From an uncultured Gemmatimonadaceae bacterium (GTDB lineage: Bacteria > Gemmatimonadota > Gemmatimonadetes > Gemmatimonadales > Gemmatimonadaceae): a stretch of 64,000 nucleotides of DNA. A model generated the notes under the pieces. It was not told the origin of the DNA and searched no databases. It was given only the letters and a program-made list of their open reading frames with translations. The position numbers and the translations under genes were made by a program. Shown here one piece after another: positions 19,914-28,373 of this stretch (positions within the stretch are counted from its first letter, which is position 1; each line of letters opens with the position of its first letter). Location of the stretch: assembly GCA_963790305.1 (NCBI GenBank), contig CAWBOC010000003.1, forward strand, positions 122,479-186,478. Direction: 5' to 3'.

Positions 19914-20708
19914 ATGCAGCGTCCGTGGTATACGACATTCGTGCTCGTCGCGGTCGCGGCGTTTCCAGCGGCTGCGCAAACCGCGTCCCATGCCGACACC
20001 CTCCGGCTGGAGGTGGGCTCCCCGCAGGTGAATGGGACGATCTACGCCCCACACGCTGCGCGGGTGCGGGTCCGCGTCGGCGAGGGCGATGGCCACCTAA
20101 CGGCCGAGTGGACGAATGAGCTCACGCATGGCGATTCGGCGGGGCGCGCGGTGCATCGCTGGGTCACGAAAGGAACGCGGTTTCTGCCCAGTGGGGATAC
20201 GGTGAGGTGGGAGATTCTCCAGACGTATGACGCGCGCACGCTCGCGCCCCTCGCCTACACGGCGCGCTCGAGCGCAGGGACGTTCACGCGGCTGACGATG
20301 GATGGGCGTCGCGTGCGGGGGACGCGGAAGGTATCGCCCGACTCGGCGGAGCGTGCCGTCGATCTCGTCGTCGACCGGCCCGGCTTCATTGCCTCGGCGT
20401 CCGACCTCATCCCACTTGCCGCGGGCGTCAAGGAAGGCGCGGTGATGACGGCGCCCATGTGGGGGCCCAACATGGCCGCTTCAGAGCTTCGCGTCTTCAG
20501 CGTGCTCGGCAGAGTTCCGGTGGATGTCGAGGGAACGCGGGTGACGGCGTGGAAGATCAACGAGCACCGGCACGCCGATCGCAAGCTGCTCGCGACCTGG
20601 TATATGACCGAAGACTCCCCCTACATGGTCTACGGCGAGGTCGTACTGCCTAACGGGCAGCTCCAGCGGATGACGGAGGTCGCGATCCCAATGTCGGGAG
20701 CGCGCTAG
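19914..20708 (+). CDS. Hypothetical secreted protein
   Basis: From MQRPWYTTFVLVAVAAFPAAAQ (signal peptide) within ORF 19881..20708. No family recognised. Confidence 0.45.
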   Translation: MQRPWYTTFVLVAVAAFPAAAQTASHADTLRLEVGSPQVNGTIYAPHAARVRVRVGEGDGHLTAEWTNELTHGDSAGRAVHRWVTKGTRFLPSGDTVRWEILQTYDARTLAPLAYTARSSAGTFTRLTMDGRRVRGTRKVSPDSAERAVDLVVDRPGFIASASDLIPLAAGVKEGAVMTAPMWGPNMAASELRVFSVLGRVPVDVEGTRVTAWKINEHRHADRKLLATWYMTEDSPYMVYGEVVLPNGQLQRMTEVAIPMSGAR

Positions 20709-20735
20709 GGCCACCAGAAGCTCGCGTTCCGCGTA

Positions 20736-20782
20736 ATACCTTGACATCCGACAACACAATTCATATTGTCGGATGACAAGGT
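20736..20782 (+). promoter_or_regulatory. Sigma70-type promoter embedded in an 18-bp inverted repeat (likely PadR operator)
   Basis: TACCTTGACATCCGACAA-N11-TTGTCGGATGACAAGGTA (17/18 complementary). It contains TTGACA-N17-TATTGT and ends about 20 nt upstream of the PadR-family gene ATG. Confidence 0.65.
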
Positions 20783-20800
20783 ATCCACCGGAGCGTATTC

Positions 20801-21130
20801 ATGCCCAGCCGTGCCGACCTCCTCCAGGGAACCCTGGACCTCCTGATCCTCAAGGCGCTCGTCCTCGGCCCGCTCCACGGCTGGGGGATCTCGAAGCGCC
20901 TTCGTCAGATCTCGGGCAATGTGCTCGAGGTCGGCCAGGGTTCGCTCTACCCGGCTTTGTACCGACTCGAAGATCGGGGCTGGGTGACCGCGGAGTGGGG
21001 AACGAGCGACGAAGGACGCCGCGCGAAGGTGTATACCCTCACCCCCAATGGACGGCGCCAGCTCGCTGTCGAGCGGTCGTACTGGCGCCGCTTCTCCGCC
21101 GCCGTCGACGAAGTTCTGGCGGCAACGTAG
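20801..21130 (+). CDS. PadR-family transcriptional regulator
   Basis: Intact 109-aa ORF with LLILKALVLGPLHGWGISKRL...GSLYPALYRLEDRGWV. Confidence 0.92.
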   Translation: MPSRADLLQGTLDLLILKALVLGPLHGWGISKRLRQISGNVLEVGQGSLYPALYRLEDRGWVTAEWGTSDEGRRAKVYTLTPNGRRQLAVERSYWRRFSAAVDEVLAAT

Positions 21131-21136
21131 GCGGCG

Positions 21137-23737
21137 ATGAACTGGACGCGGCGCCTGGGGCGCCGACTCGACGCGTTGACGCGGGGCGACGACATCGACC
21201 GGGACGTCGACGAGGAGATGCGCCTCCACGTGGAGATGGAAGCCGCGGAGATCGCGCGGCTCGAGGGCGTGTCGCCGGACGAGGCGCGCCGGCGCGCCCT
21301 CGTCGCCTTCGGGGGCCTGACGCGGTACCAGGAAGAACACCGCAATGCCCGCGGAGTCGGGTTTGTCGAGCACACGGTCAGAGAGCTGCGGCAGGCCGTG
21401 CGCGGCCTCGCGCGCAGCCCCGCATTCACGCTCGCGGCGGTTGGCGTGCTGGCGCTGGGTATCGGGTCGACGACGGCGGTGTTCAGCGCCGTGAATGCCG
21501 TGCTCCGCAATCCCAATCACGACGACCTCACCATCATCTTCTACCGCGGATTTCCCTCACTGTCCACGGTCGACTACCGCGCAATCGAGGAACAGCAGCG
21601 AAGCTTCTCCGCCGTCGGCGCGATGCGACGCGGTGAGGCCGCCTTCCGTGCTCGCGGCGATCCGGAGCGCGTCCAGGTCGGCCGAGTGACGGCCGGGTTT
21701 TTCCGCGCGGTTGGCGTGCGCCCCGCCGCGGGTCGCCTGATCGAGGCGCGTGATGAGCCCGTGGGTGCCGACCGCGTCGCCGTGGTGAGCCACGCTCTCG
21801 CCGAGCGCGCGCTTGGCAACGCGGCGGCCGCGATCGGGCAGCAGGTCAGCCTCGACGGGTTCGCCCACACGGTCATTGGAGTGCTGCCGCCGAGTGACGA
21901 GCTCCTCCTACGGGCGGACATCTTCCCCGCCCTTCAGCTCGCGACGCCGGCGCGTCGCGGGCCATTCGGCATGTTGGTCGTCGCCCGCCTAACGCCTGGC
22001 ACGACCTTCGAGTCCTCGACGCGCGACGTCAGCGCGATCAGCGACCGCGTCTTCCCACTGTGGTCGCCCGCGGGGGACCGGATGGCGCGCTACGAGGCCG
22101 TCCCCATCCGCACCGCCGCGCTCGCCACGCAGTCGCGCATGCTTCGCATCTTTGGCGCGGCAGTCGCGCTGGTGCTGCTCATCGGCGTCGCGAACGTCGC
22201 GAGCCTCATGCTGGTGCGAGCCATCGGGCGCTCGCGCGAGGTGTCGCTGCGAGCAGTGCTCGGCGCCAGCCCCCTCCAGCTCGTGCGAATGTTCGTGACG
22301 GAGAGCGCCCTGCTCTGCCTGGCTGGTGCCGTCGTCGGCATCGCCGTGGGGTACTTCGCCCTTCGCGCGCTGGTCGAGGTCGGGCCGGCAATGCCGGGCC
22401 TCGCAGCGTCGAGCCTCGACGCCCGCGCCATGCTCTTCGCCGCGGCGGTCGCCGTCCTGGCGGGCATCGTGGTCGGTACCTACCCCGCGATCATGCTGCT
22501 GAGAAAGGGACATATCGGGCTGTCCGTCGGAGACCGCGCGATCGGAGGCGGGCGCGGCACGCGTATGCTTCGCAGCGGATTCGTCGTCGCCCAGTTCGCC
22601 CTGGCCCTGCCGCTTCTCGCCATTTCGGGACTGCTGCTCTTGAGCTTCGTCCGGATGCAGCGGGTCGATCCCGGATTTGATCCCGGCAATCTCCTCACGG
22701 TCCGCGTCTCCCTTCCCACCGGGCAGTACGGCGACAGTACGGCCATCGCGGGGTACTGGGCGCGCGCATTGCCACGCGTCCGCGTGCTGGGGGGCGTCCG
22801 CGCGGTGGGGCTCGGCTCATCGACGCCACCCGACGATTTCGGATCCAGCAACGACAACTTCAATCTCATCGACCGGCCAGCGGCGCCGGGCACGGCCGAG
22901 CCTAACGGCCCCTGGCCATTCGCCGACGCCGGGTACTTCGCGACCCTCGGCGTGCGGCTGCTCGAGGGCCGCATGTTCGCGCCGGGCGATACCGGCGTGG
23001 CGCCGGTGGCGCTGGTCAGCCGGTCGTGGGTTCGCAAGTACTACCCGCGCGAATCCGCGCTCGGGAAGACAATGGTGCGAGGCGGATGCACCGAGTGTCC
23101 GCTGACCACGGTCGTGGGCGTGGTCGATGACGTGCGCTACTCCGGACCCGCCGGACCGCTGGACGCAATGTACTCGCCCGTCTCGGAGAACGCACCGCGC
23201 ACGCTCTTTCTGTACGTGAGGACGGCAACGGCGCCTGACGAGCTCATCGGGCCGGTGCGGGAGGCATTGCGGTCGGTCGACCCCTCCGTGCCGCTGGATG
23301 ATGCGATGTCGATGGACGACCGCCTCTACGCGTACGTGGCCCAGCCACGGCAGTGGGCGACCCTGCTCGGCACGTTCGCGGCGGCAGCGTTAGGTCTCGC
23401 CGCGGTGGGGGTATTCGGAATGCTCTCGTACATGGTGAGCACGCGGCGGCGCGAGATCGGCGTGCGAATGGCGATCGGCGCCGACCCTCGCCGGATCGTG
23501 CGCCTGGTCGTGAGCAGCGGGCTCGCGCACGCCGTCATCGGCTCGGCACTGGGGCTGGCGGCGGCGCTCATCGGCACCCGTGCCCTAACGAGCGTCCTGT
23601 ACGATGTCAGCCCGGGTGATCCGTTCACAATGGGGCTGGCGACGCTCGCCCTGCTGGTCGTTGCCCTCTTTGCCTGCTGGCTGCCGGCGCGGCGCGCGGC
23701 CGCTATCGACCCGCTCGAGGCGATTCGGCACGAATAG
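21137..23737 (+). CDS. Duplicated FtsX/MacB-type ABC transporter permease (ADOP family)
   Basis: Intact 866-aa ORF with two FtsX-like 4-TM modules separated by a large periplasmic domain. It is immediately downstream of the PadR-family gene, a common pairing. Confidence 0.85.
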   Translation: MNWTRRLGRRLDALTRGDDIDRDVDEEMRLHVEMEAAEIARLEGVSPDEARRRALVAFGGLTRYQEEHRNARGVGFVEHTVRELRQAVRGLARSPAFTLAAVGVLALGIGSTTAVFSAVNAVLRNPNHDDLTIIFYRGFPSLSTVDYRAIEEQQRSFSAVGAMRRGEAAFRARGDPERVQVGRVTAGFFRAVGVRPAAGRLIEARDEPVGADRVAVVSHALAERALGNAAAAIGQQVSLDGFAHTVIGVLPPSDELLLRADIFPALQLATPARRGPFGMLVVARLTPGTTFESSTRDVSAISDRVFPLWSPAGDRMARYEAVPIRTAALATQSRMLRIFGAAVALVLLIGVANVASLMLVRAIGRSREVSLRAVLGASPLQLVRMFVTESALLCLAGAVVGIAVGYFALRALVEVGPAMPGLAASSLDARAMLFAAAVAVLAGIVVGTYPAIMLLRKGHIGLSVGDRAIGGGRGTRMLRSGFVVAQFALALPLLAISGLLLLSFVRMQRVDPGFDPGNLLTVRVSLPTGQYGDSTAIAGYWARALPRVRVLGGVRAVGLGSSTPPDDFGSSNDNFNLIDRPAAPGTAEPNGPWPFADAGYFATLGVRLLEGRMFAPGDTGVAPVALVSRSWVRKYYPRESALGKTMVRGGCTECPLTTVVGVVDDVRYSGPAGPLDAMYSPVSENAPRTLFLYVRTATAPDELIGPVREALRSVDPSVPLDDAMSMDDRLYAYVAQPRQWATLLGTFAAAALGLAAVGVFGMLSYMVSTRRREIGVRMAIGADPRRIVRLVVSSGLAHAVIGSALGLAAALIGTRALTSVLYDVSPGDPFTMGLATLALLVVALFACWLPARRAAAIDPLEAIRHE

Positions 23738-23835
23738 GCCGCTCCACGGCTCGGCGTGGCGCCCGCGGGTGCAAGGGGTCAGCTTTACGTTCGGCTACTC
23801 CGTCAGCCCACGCTCACCGGCAGGAGAGATCCCGC

Positions 23836-25296
23836 ATGCGGGAGCACTTCCCCGCTCACATTATCGGCGTCATGTGCGTCGCCACCGCGCTCGCATTCCC
23901 CGAGCGCGCGGGCGCGCAGACGCGCGACCTCGTCGACTACGTGGGGACGTACGAGTACCACGGAAGGACCACGCTCGAGGTTGTGGCGGCGCCAACCGCG
24001 ACGGGCTCGCGGCTCGTCGCGGTGATCAAGGAAGCGAAGTATCCGCTCCAATTCCTGGGCGACGACCGGTTTCTCAATGGGGTGGGCGACACGATTCCCT
24101 TCGAGCGCGACGCGGAGGGATGGGTGCTCGCCTTTCGCGAGCGCGGGATCCGCTTCAGCCGGCTCGAGGACACGGTCACCAGATTCACGGCGGCGTCAGT
24201 CGTTCCGCGCCTGCCCGGGCGCGATGGGCGCGTCCCGCCGTATGCATACCGTCGGCCGGCCGACATGAGCGATGGGCTCGCTGTTGGCGACATTGCCGAC
24301 GCAGGACTCACTCGTGCGCTGGCCGAGTCGCTGGGCGCGCGCATTCTCGACGGGAGGTACCCCGACGTCGACGCAGTGCTCGTGTATCGACGTGGGCGCC
24401 TGGTGCTCGAGGAATACTTCTACGGCTACGACCACACGCGCCCACACCAGATGCGGTCGGCCACGAAGAGCGTCGTTTCCGCGCTCGTCGGGATCACGGT
24501 GGACCAGAAGAAGCTCGCGGGCGCGCGCGAGCGCGTGCTGCCGAGGCTGCCGTACGGCCCCGTGGCGGCCTACGCGCATCCCGATCCGCGGAAGGGAACG
24601 CTCACGTTAGGCGATCTCCTCACGATGCGCTCGGGGCTCGCGTGCGACGACTGGGACGGAGGCTCGCCGGGCAACGAGAGCCGCGTGATCGAGCACGCAG
24701 ACTGGGTGAAGGCCGTGATGGACCTGCCCATGGCGGCCGAGCCGGGCAGCGTCGCGCGGTACTGCTCGGGTGGGGTCTTCGTGGCTGGGAGGATGGTCGA
24801 ACGCGCAGTTAGTCAGCCGCTCCCGGTCTTCGCGCAACGATACCTCTTCGGCCCGCTCGGCATCCGCTCCACGGACGTGCGCTGGCCGTTCGTGCTCGAC
24901 TCGTCGAACGTGGGGACATTCGCTCAACTGTCCATGCGGCCGCGCGACATGCTGAAGCTCGGCGTGCTCTTCCGCGATGGAGGGCGGTGGAAGGGCAAGC
25001 AAATCGTCTCACGCGACTGGGTGCAGCGATCCACCGCGGCGGCGACGCGAATGGGGAGCCGTGGGTACGGGTATTTCTGGTGGCGTCAGCCGTTCGATGT
25101 CGCGACATCCACGGGCACCCGGCGCATCGACGCGCTCAACGCGAGCGGGAACGGGGGGCAGAAGATCTACATCCTGCCTGAGCTGGACGCGGTGATCGTA
25201 TTCACCGGCAGCGCGTACAACAACGAGCACACGCCGCCCAACACGATCATGGAAGAATTGCTGTTGCCGGCACTCGTCAGGGGCCGTAACGAGTAG
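23836..25296 (+). CDS. Serine hydrolase, beta-lactamase/PBP4* family
   Basis: Intact 486-aa ORF with an N-terminal signal peptide, the S-x-x-K motif in MRSATKSVVS, and a beta-lactamase-fold context (YCSGGVF, GNGGQKIYI). Confidence 0.8.
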   Translation: MREHFPAHIIGVMCVATALAFPERAGAQTRDLVDYVGTYEYHGRTTLEVVAAPTATGSRLVAVIKEAKYPLQFLGDDRFLNGVGDTIPFERDAEGWVLAFRERGIRFSRLEDTVTRFTAASVVPRLPGRDGRVPPYAYRRPADMSDGLAVGDIADAGLTRALAESLGARILDGRYPDVDAVLVYRRGRLVLEEYFYGYDHTRPHQMRSATKSVVSALVGITVDQKKLAGARERVLPRLPYGPVAAYAHPDPRKGTLTLGDLLTMRSGLACDDWDGGSPGNESRVIEHADWVKAVMDLPMAAEPGSVARYCSGGVFVAGRMVERAVSQPLPVFAQRYLFGPLGIRSTDVRWPFVLDSSNVGTFAQLSMRPRDMLKLGVLFRDGGRWKGKQIVSRDWVQRSTAAATRMGSRGYGYFWWRQPFDVATSTGTRRIDALNASGNGGQKIYILPELDAVIVFTGSAYNNEHTPPNTIMEELLLPALVRGRNE

Positions 25297-25327
25297 GTGC
25301 TTCTCCTTCTGCCGCGATCGTCACCGA

Positions 25328-25807
25328 TCAGGCGGTCCGCCCTAACGATTGGAACGGCGCGACAGTCAGTCGCGCGCGCCGCCTGATGATCGGCGCGCCG
25401 ATCGCGAACACGGCCAGCGATGCGAGGGCCACCGTCCACCAGAAATTGATTCCGGGAACGCGGGTGGTGACCTCGGCGACGGCGGCGGCGATGAGGCCGA
25501 GGTACGAGTACGTCATCCACCAGTAGTGGCGTTCGACCCAGGTGGTGGCGGGCCGGCGCCTAACGGCCGGGATGACGCCGGCGGTGACGCTGGCAAGGCT
25601 CAGGATCGCGGCGATGTGGAAGGGTCCGAAGCTGCCGGTGAGCCGGTAGATCGCGAGCGCCGTCACGTTGAGCAGCACCATGCCGACGAAGTACGCCCAG
25701 CCGAGCTGGCGGTGGCTGCGTGTGCCCTTGGCGCGAAGGAGGATGGCGGCGCCAAGCGCGAGTGAGGCGACGGCGGCCACGGTGTGAACCCAGCCCAGAG
25801 TGTTCAT
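25328..25807 (-). CDS. Small polytopic membrane protein (DUF2306-like)
   Basis: From MNTLGWVHTVAAV within ORF 25328..25858(-). It has 4-5 TM helices. The family assignment is tentative. Confidence 0.4.
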   Translation of the reverse strand: MNTLGWVHTVAAVASLALGAAILLRAKGTRSHRQLGWAYFVGMVLLNVTALAIYRLTGSFGPFHIAAILSLASVTAGVIPAVRRRPATTWVERHYWWMTYSYLGLIAAAVAEVTTRVPGINFWWTVALASLAVFAIGAPIIRRRARLTVAPFQSLGRTA

Positions 25808-25890
25808 GGGTAACAATACGATGCTGACGCCCGAGAAGGGAAAGCGGCCTTCAGGCAAAGCGACAATTCTGGAGCTTCGAGCGTGACCCG

Positions 25891-26136
25891 TTAGGCCGGG
25901 ATCGCGAGATGGCCGTTCAGCCGTTCCTCGCAGCTCCGATCGACGCGATCGTGGCGTGCGTGCTTCGCTTCGATTTCGGCGAAGCGCCCTTGCATCGAGG
26001 CCATGTCGGCAGCGAGCGTGTTGAGGTCGTCGTCTCCCATGTGCCGGCAGACGGGGCGAAGACGGCTCGCGATGTCGGCGGCGCGTGATTCTATCGATCT
26101 GCCGTGCGGGCTGGCGCGGCGGTCGGTGCGGGACAT
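25891..26136 (-). CDS. Hypothetical small helical protein
   Basis: From MSRTDRR within ORF 25891..26295(-). It is on the same strand as the small-protein paralog P1 and downstream of it. No family recognised. Confidence 0.3.
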   Translation of the reverse strand: MSRTDRRASPHGRSIESRAADIASRLRPVCRHMGDDDLNTLAADMASMQGRFAEIEAKHARHDRVDRSCEERLNGHLAIPA

Positions 26137-26257
26137 TGGTAACGGCGTGAGCGACGGTTGGACAGCGGTTCGACAGCTCGCGGATGCGCAGGGTCCATGC
26201 CTCAGGCCACCCCTATCGTCACTTAACCTCGTTGCGTACAAGGCGTTCGCTTTTCCG

Positions 26258-26521
26258 CTATCCCGGGAAGCGAGGCCACATGCCACTCTCTCCACGCTCG
26301 CGGACGAACAGCGCCTGTCGACAGAGCTTGTGCAGTGCCTCGGCGGGGAGCTCCAGCCAATCTGGAGGGATGGGCGCGAGACGCCGTTTCTCCCAGGATG
26401 ACTCGAACGCCAACCAGCCCTCAGCGAGCTCCGGCAGGACGGGACGCGTTCCGACTCGCGGATACACCTCCCACACCGCCCACCGTCGGCCCTGCAGATC
26501 GGTGAATTCCCTGTGCGCCAC
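26258..26521 (-). CDS. Small conserved protein, paralog P1 of an unassigned family (W-x-V-W ... GWL-x-FE ... EKRRLAP-x-P)
   Basis: Within ORF 26258..26593(-). A GTG preceded by GAGGAG gives (M)AHREFTDLQGRRWAVWEVYPR...LPELAEGWLAFESSWEKRRLAPIPPDWLELPAEALHKLCRQA, which aligns along its length with the proteins at 26664 and 37687. Confidence 0.6.
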   Translation of the reverse strand: MAHREFTDLQGRRWAVWEVYPRVGTRPVLPELAEGWLAFESSWEKRRLAPIPPDWLELPAEALHKLCRQALFVRERGESGMWPRFPG

Positions 26522-26574
26522 GGCCTGGGCTCCTCGTGAGATCACCGAGCGAGGAAAACTGCACAATGGGTGCC

Positions 26575-26596
26575 TATATGTGATGTAGATCACATT
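26575..26596. promoter_or_regulatory. Near-consensus CRP/cAMP-receptor-type palindrome (TGTGA-N6-TCACA) in a divergent promoter region
   Basis: ATATGTGATGTAGATCACATTT compared with the textbook ideal AAATGTGATCTAGATCACATTT. It is centred about 65 nt upstream of the P1 start and about 78 nt upstream of the P2 start. Confidence 0.6.
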
Positions 26597-26663
26597 TTGG
26601 CCGTGAGGGATAGGACGCGATTCGAGTGATGAGGCGCGTCGCTTGCGGACCCAGCGGCCCCCT

Positions 26664-26942
26664 ATGGCCTATGCGGAGTTCACGGATCGAGTGGGAAAAC
26701 AGTGGCGAGTGTGGCACACGCGCCCGCTGTCCGCGGCGCTCACGACCCTTCCGGAGGCCTGGAAGGAGGGCTGGCTCACCTTCGAGTCGGGGGACGAAAA
26801 ACGACGGCTCGCGCCCGTTCCCGCGGGATGGGAACACCTGACTCCAGAGCAACTCGAGATGCTATGCCAGGTGGCGGAGCCGACCGCCCTCTCTCCGCGC
26901 GCGCACGATCCGCTGCGGCGCGACGAGCGGAGCGCGGAATAG
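26664..26942 (+). CDS. Small conserved protein, paralog P2 of the same unassigned family
   Basis: From MAYAEF within ORF 26643..26942: MAYAEFTDRVGKQWRVWHTRP...LPEAWKEGWLTFESGDEKRRLAPVPAGWEHLTPEQLEMLCQVAEP. Confidence 0.65.
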   Translation: MAYAEFTDRVGKQWRVWHTRPLSAALTTLPEAWKEGWLTFESGDEKRRLAPVPAGWEHLTPEQLEMLCQVAEPTALSPRAHDPLRRDERSAE

Positions 26943-27260
26943 ATGCGCGAGCACGAGAAGCCGGATCGGAGGAACTCTCCGCTCATTCTCATCTTCGAGC
27001 ACCGCGTCTACTTCCGGGATCACGCGGGCGAGCACTGGCGCGTGTACGACATCTTCGTCGCGCCTGACGAGCGCGGCCGTGAGCGGCGCTTCCCCGTGAT
27101 GCCGCCGGACAAGCGCGCGGTGCATCGCGAGTTCATCGCGCGGTCGGGAGAGCGACGCGAGTACACGTTCCTCGCTGACTCCCTGCGGGGGATGCCGCTC
27201 TTCGTTCACCAGCTTGCTCGCCAACTGGGCCTCGCGAAGATCGTCCACGAGAAGAAATAG
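26943..27260 (+). CDS. Small hypothetical protein, possibly a distant relative of the P family
   Basis: Intact 105-aa ORF starting immediately after the P2 stop codon (no gap), reading VYFRDHAGEHWRVYDIF...ERRFPVMPP...LFVHQLARQL. This echoes the F-x-D-x-x-G-x-x-WRV(W/Y) and RR(L/F)-x-P motifs of P1-P3. Confidence 0.5.
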   Translation: MREHEKPDRRNSPLILIFEHRVYFRDHAGEHWRVYDIFVAPDERGRERRFPVMPPDKRAVHREFIARSGERREYTFLADSLRGMPLFVHQLARQLGLAKIVHEKK

Positions 27261-27336
27261 CGTCGGACTTAGCGGGACCACGCATCTCGAGTCGCGGTCG
27301 TCCAGCGCGCGTATCCAGCGCGTTTCAAGGGCCAGT

Positions 27337-27732
27337 CTAGTCTATTCCCACCTCGCGCTGCGCCCATCGCACGTAGGCGATGATCTTTCGCAGGGCGGCG
27401 GAGTCGACCTGCGGCTGCGGCGGCATGTCGCCGAACCGCCAGTGGTGCGCGGCGACGCCCCGCTGCGCGGCAAGGACGAACGACGCGTCAGAGTGGTGGC
27501 TCGGCTCGTAGATGATGTGAAGGAGCGGCGGGCCCAGATCAGAGCCCCGCGCCGATTGGCCGTGGCAGCTGGCGCAGTTGGCGGTGAACAGTGAGTCGCC
27601 TGCGCGGTGTTCGGCGGGGGTCGGCGGCAGCTCGATCCGGGCGAGCACTTCCCGCTCTCGCTCGCCACCGCGGCACGCCACGGTGATTACCGCGAGGGAT
27701 ACCGTTAGGCAACGCGCTCGGTTCGGCCTCAT
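27337..27732 (-). CDS. Mono-haem c-type cytochrome, lipoprotein/secreted
   Basis: Intact 131-aa ORF with a signal/lipobox (LAVITVAC) and the CASCH haem motif. Confidence 0.8.
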   Translation of the reverse strand: MRPNRARCLTVSLAVITVACRGGEREREVLARIELPPTPAEHRAGDSLFTANCASCHGQSARGSDLGPPLLHIIYEPSHHSDASFVLAAQRGVAAHHWRFGDMPPQPQVDSAALRKIIAYVRWAQREVGID

Positions 27733-28232
27733 GCGTCATCCCCCGAGACGATCTTCGCCGTCGTGATGGCCTGGCCGACGTGGCGGGTAGTGTGCTCGGC
27801 GGCGTGGAAGAGGAGGCCGAGGACGGTTGACGGAAGTGCTTTGCGCCCGACAGCGCGCGGTTCGAGGAGCTCCTCCCGGCGTGTGGCGCGGATCTGGGCG
27901 AGCGCAGCATCAATCGCGCTGCGTGCCTGGTCGACCAGCTTGGAGATGTCGTCTGGCGGGTTGCCCGGTTCTGCTTCGATCTTCAGCGCGGCCTGTTGCC
28001 GATCGTCGAGCTGCGCGCCACGTGCGTACGTCAGCAACCGGTCGAGGCTCCCGGCCAGATGCCGCAAGTGATAGCCGAGACTCGCGGCACCGCTCGGTCG
28101 CACCCACAGTTGGTCGCGCAACACGCTCGCCGCCACGGCGATGTCCTCTCTGGCCTGCACGAGCGCGTGTGCCGCAGGCTGCAGGTACGCGTCGACCCCG
28201 TCTATTGGGCCACGAAGCCAGGCTTCGGGCAT
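27729..28232 (-). CDS. DinB-family protein
   Basis: Intact 167-aa ORF with the His triad pattern (HLRHLAGSLDRL ... HAAEHTTRHVGQ). A 4-nt overlap with the downstream cytochrome gene start is seen. Confidence 0.75.
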   Translation of the reverse strand: MPEAWLRGPIDGVDAYLQPAAHALVQAREDIAVAASVLRDQLWVRPSGAASLGYHLRHLAGSLDRLLTYARGAQLDDRQQAALKIEAEPGNPPDDISKLVDQARSAIDAALAQIRATRREELLEPRAVGRKALPSTVLGLLFHAAEHTTRHVGQAITTAKIVSGDDA

Positions 28233-28373
28233 GTCTAGCCTCCACGGCTGGTTGCCCCTACTCTAGGAGGCGCGCCTGCGACGCCGCAAGCGCCCTCCGA
28301 CACCTGCGCTGACGCTTCGCTGACGCGACCGATGCTTCATGCGCGGCATGACGCCCCACCGGAGCATGGCGCG

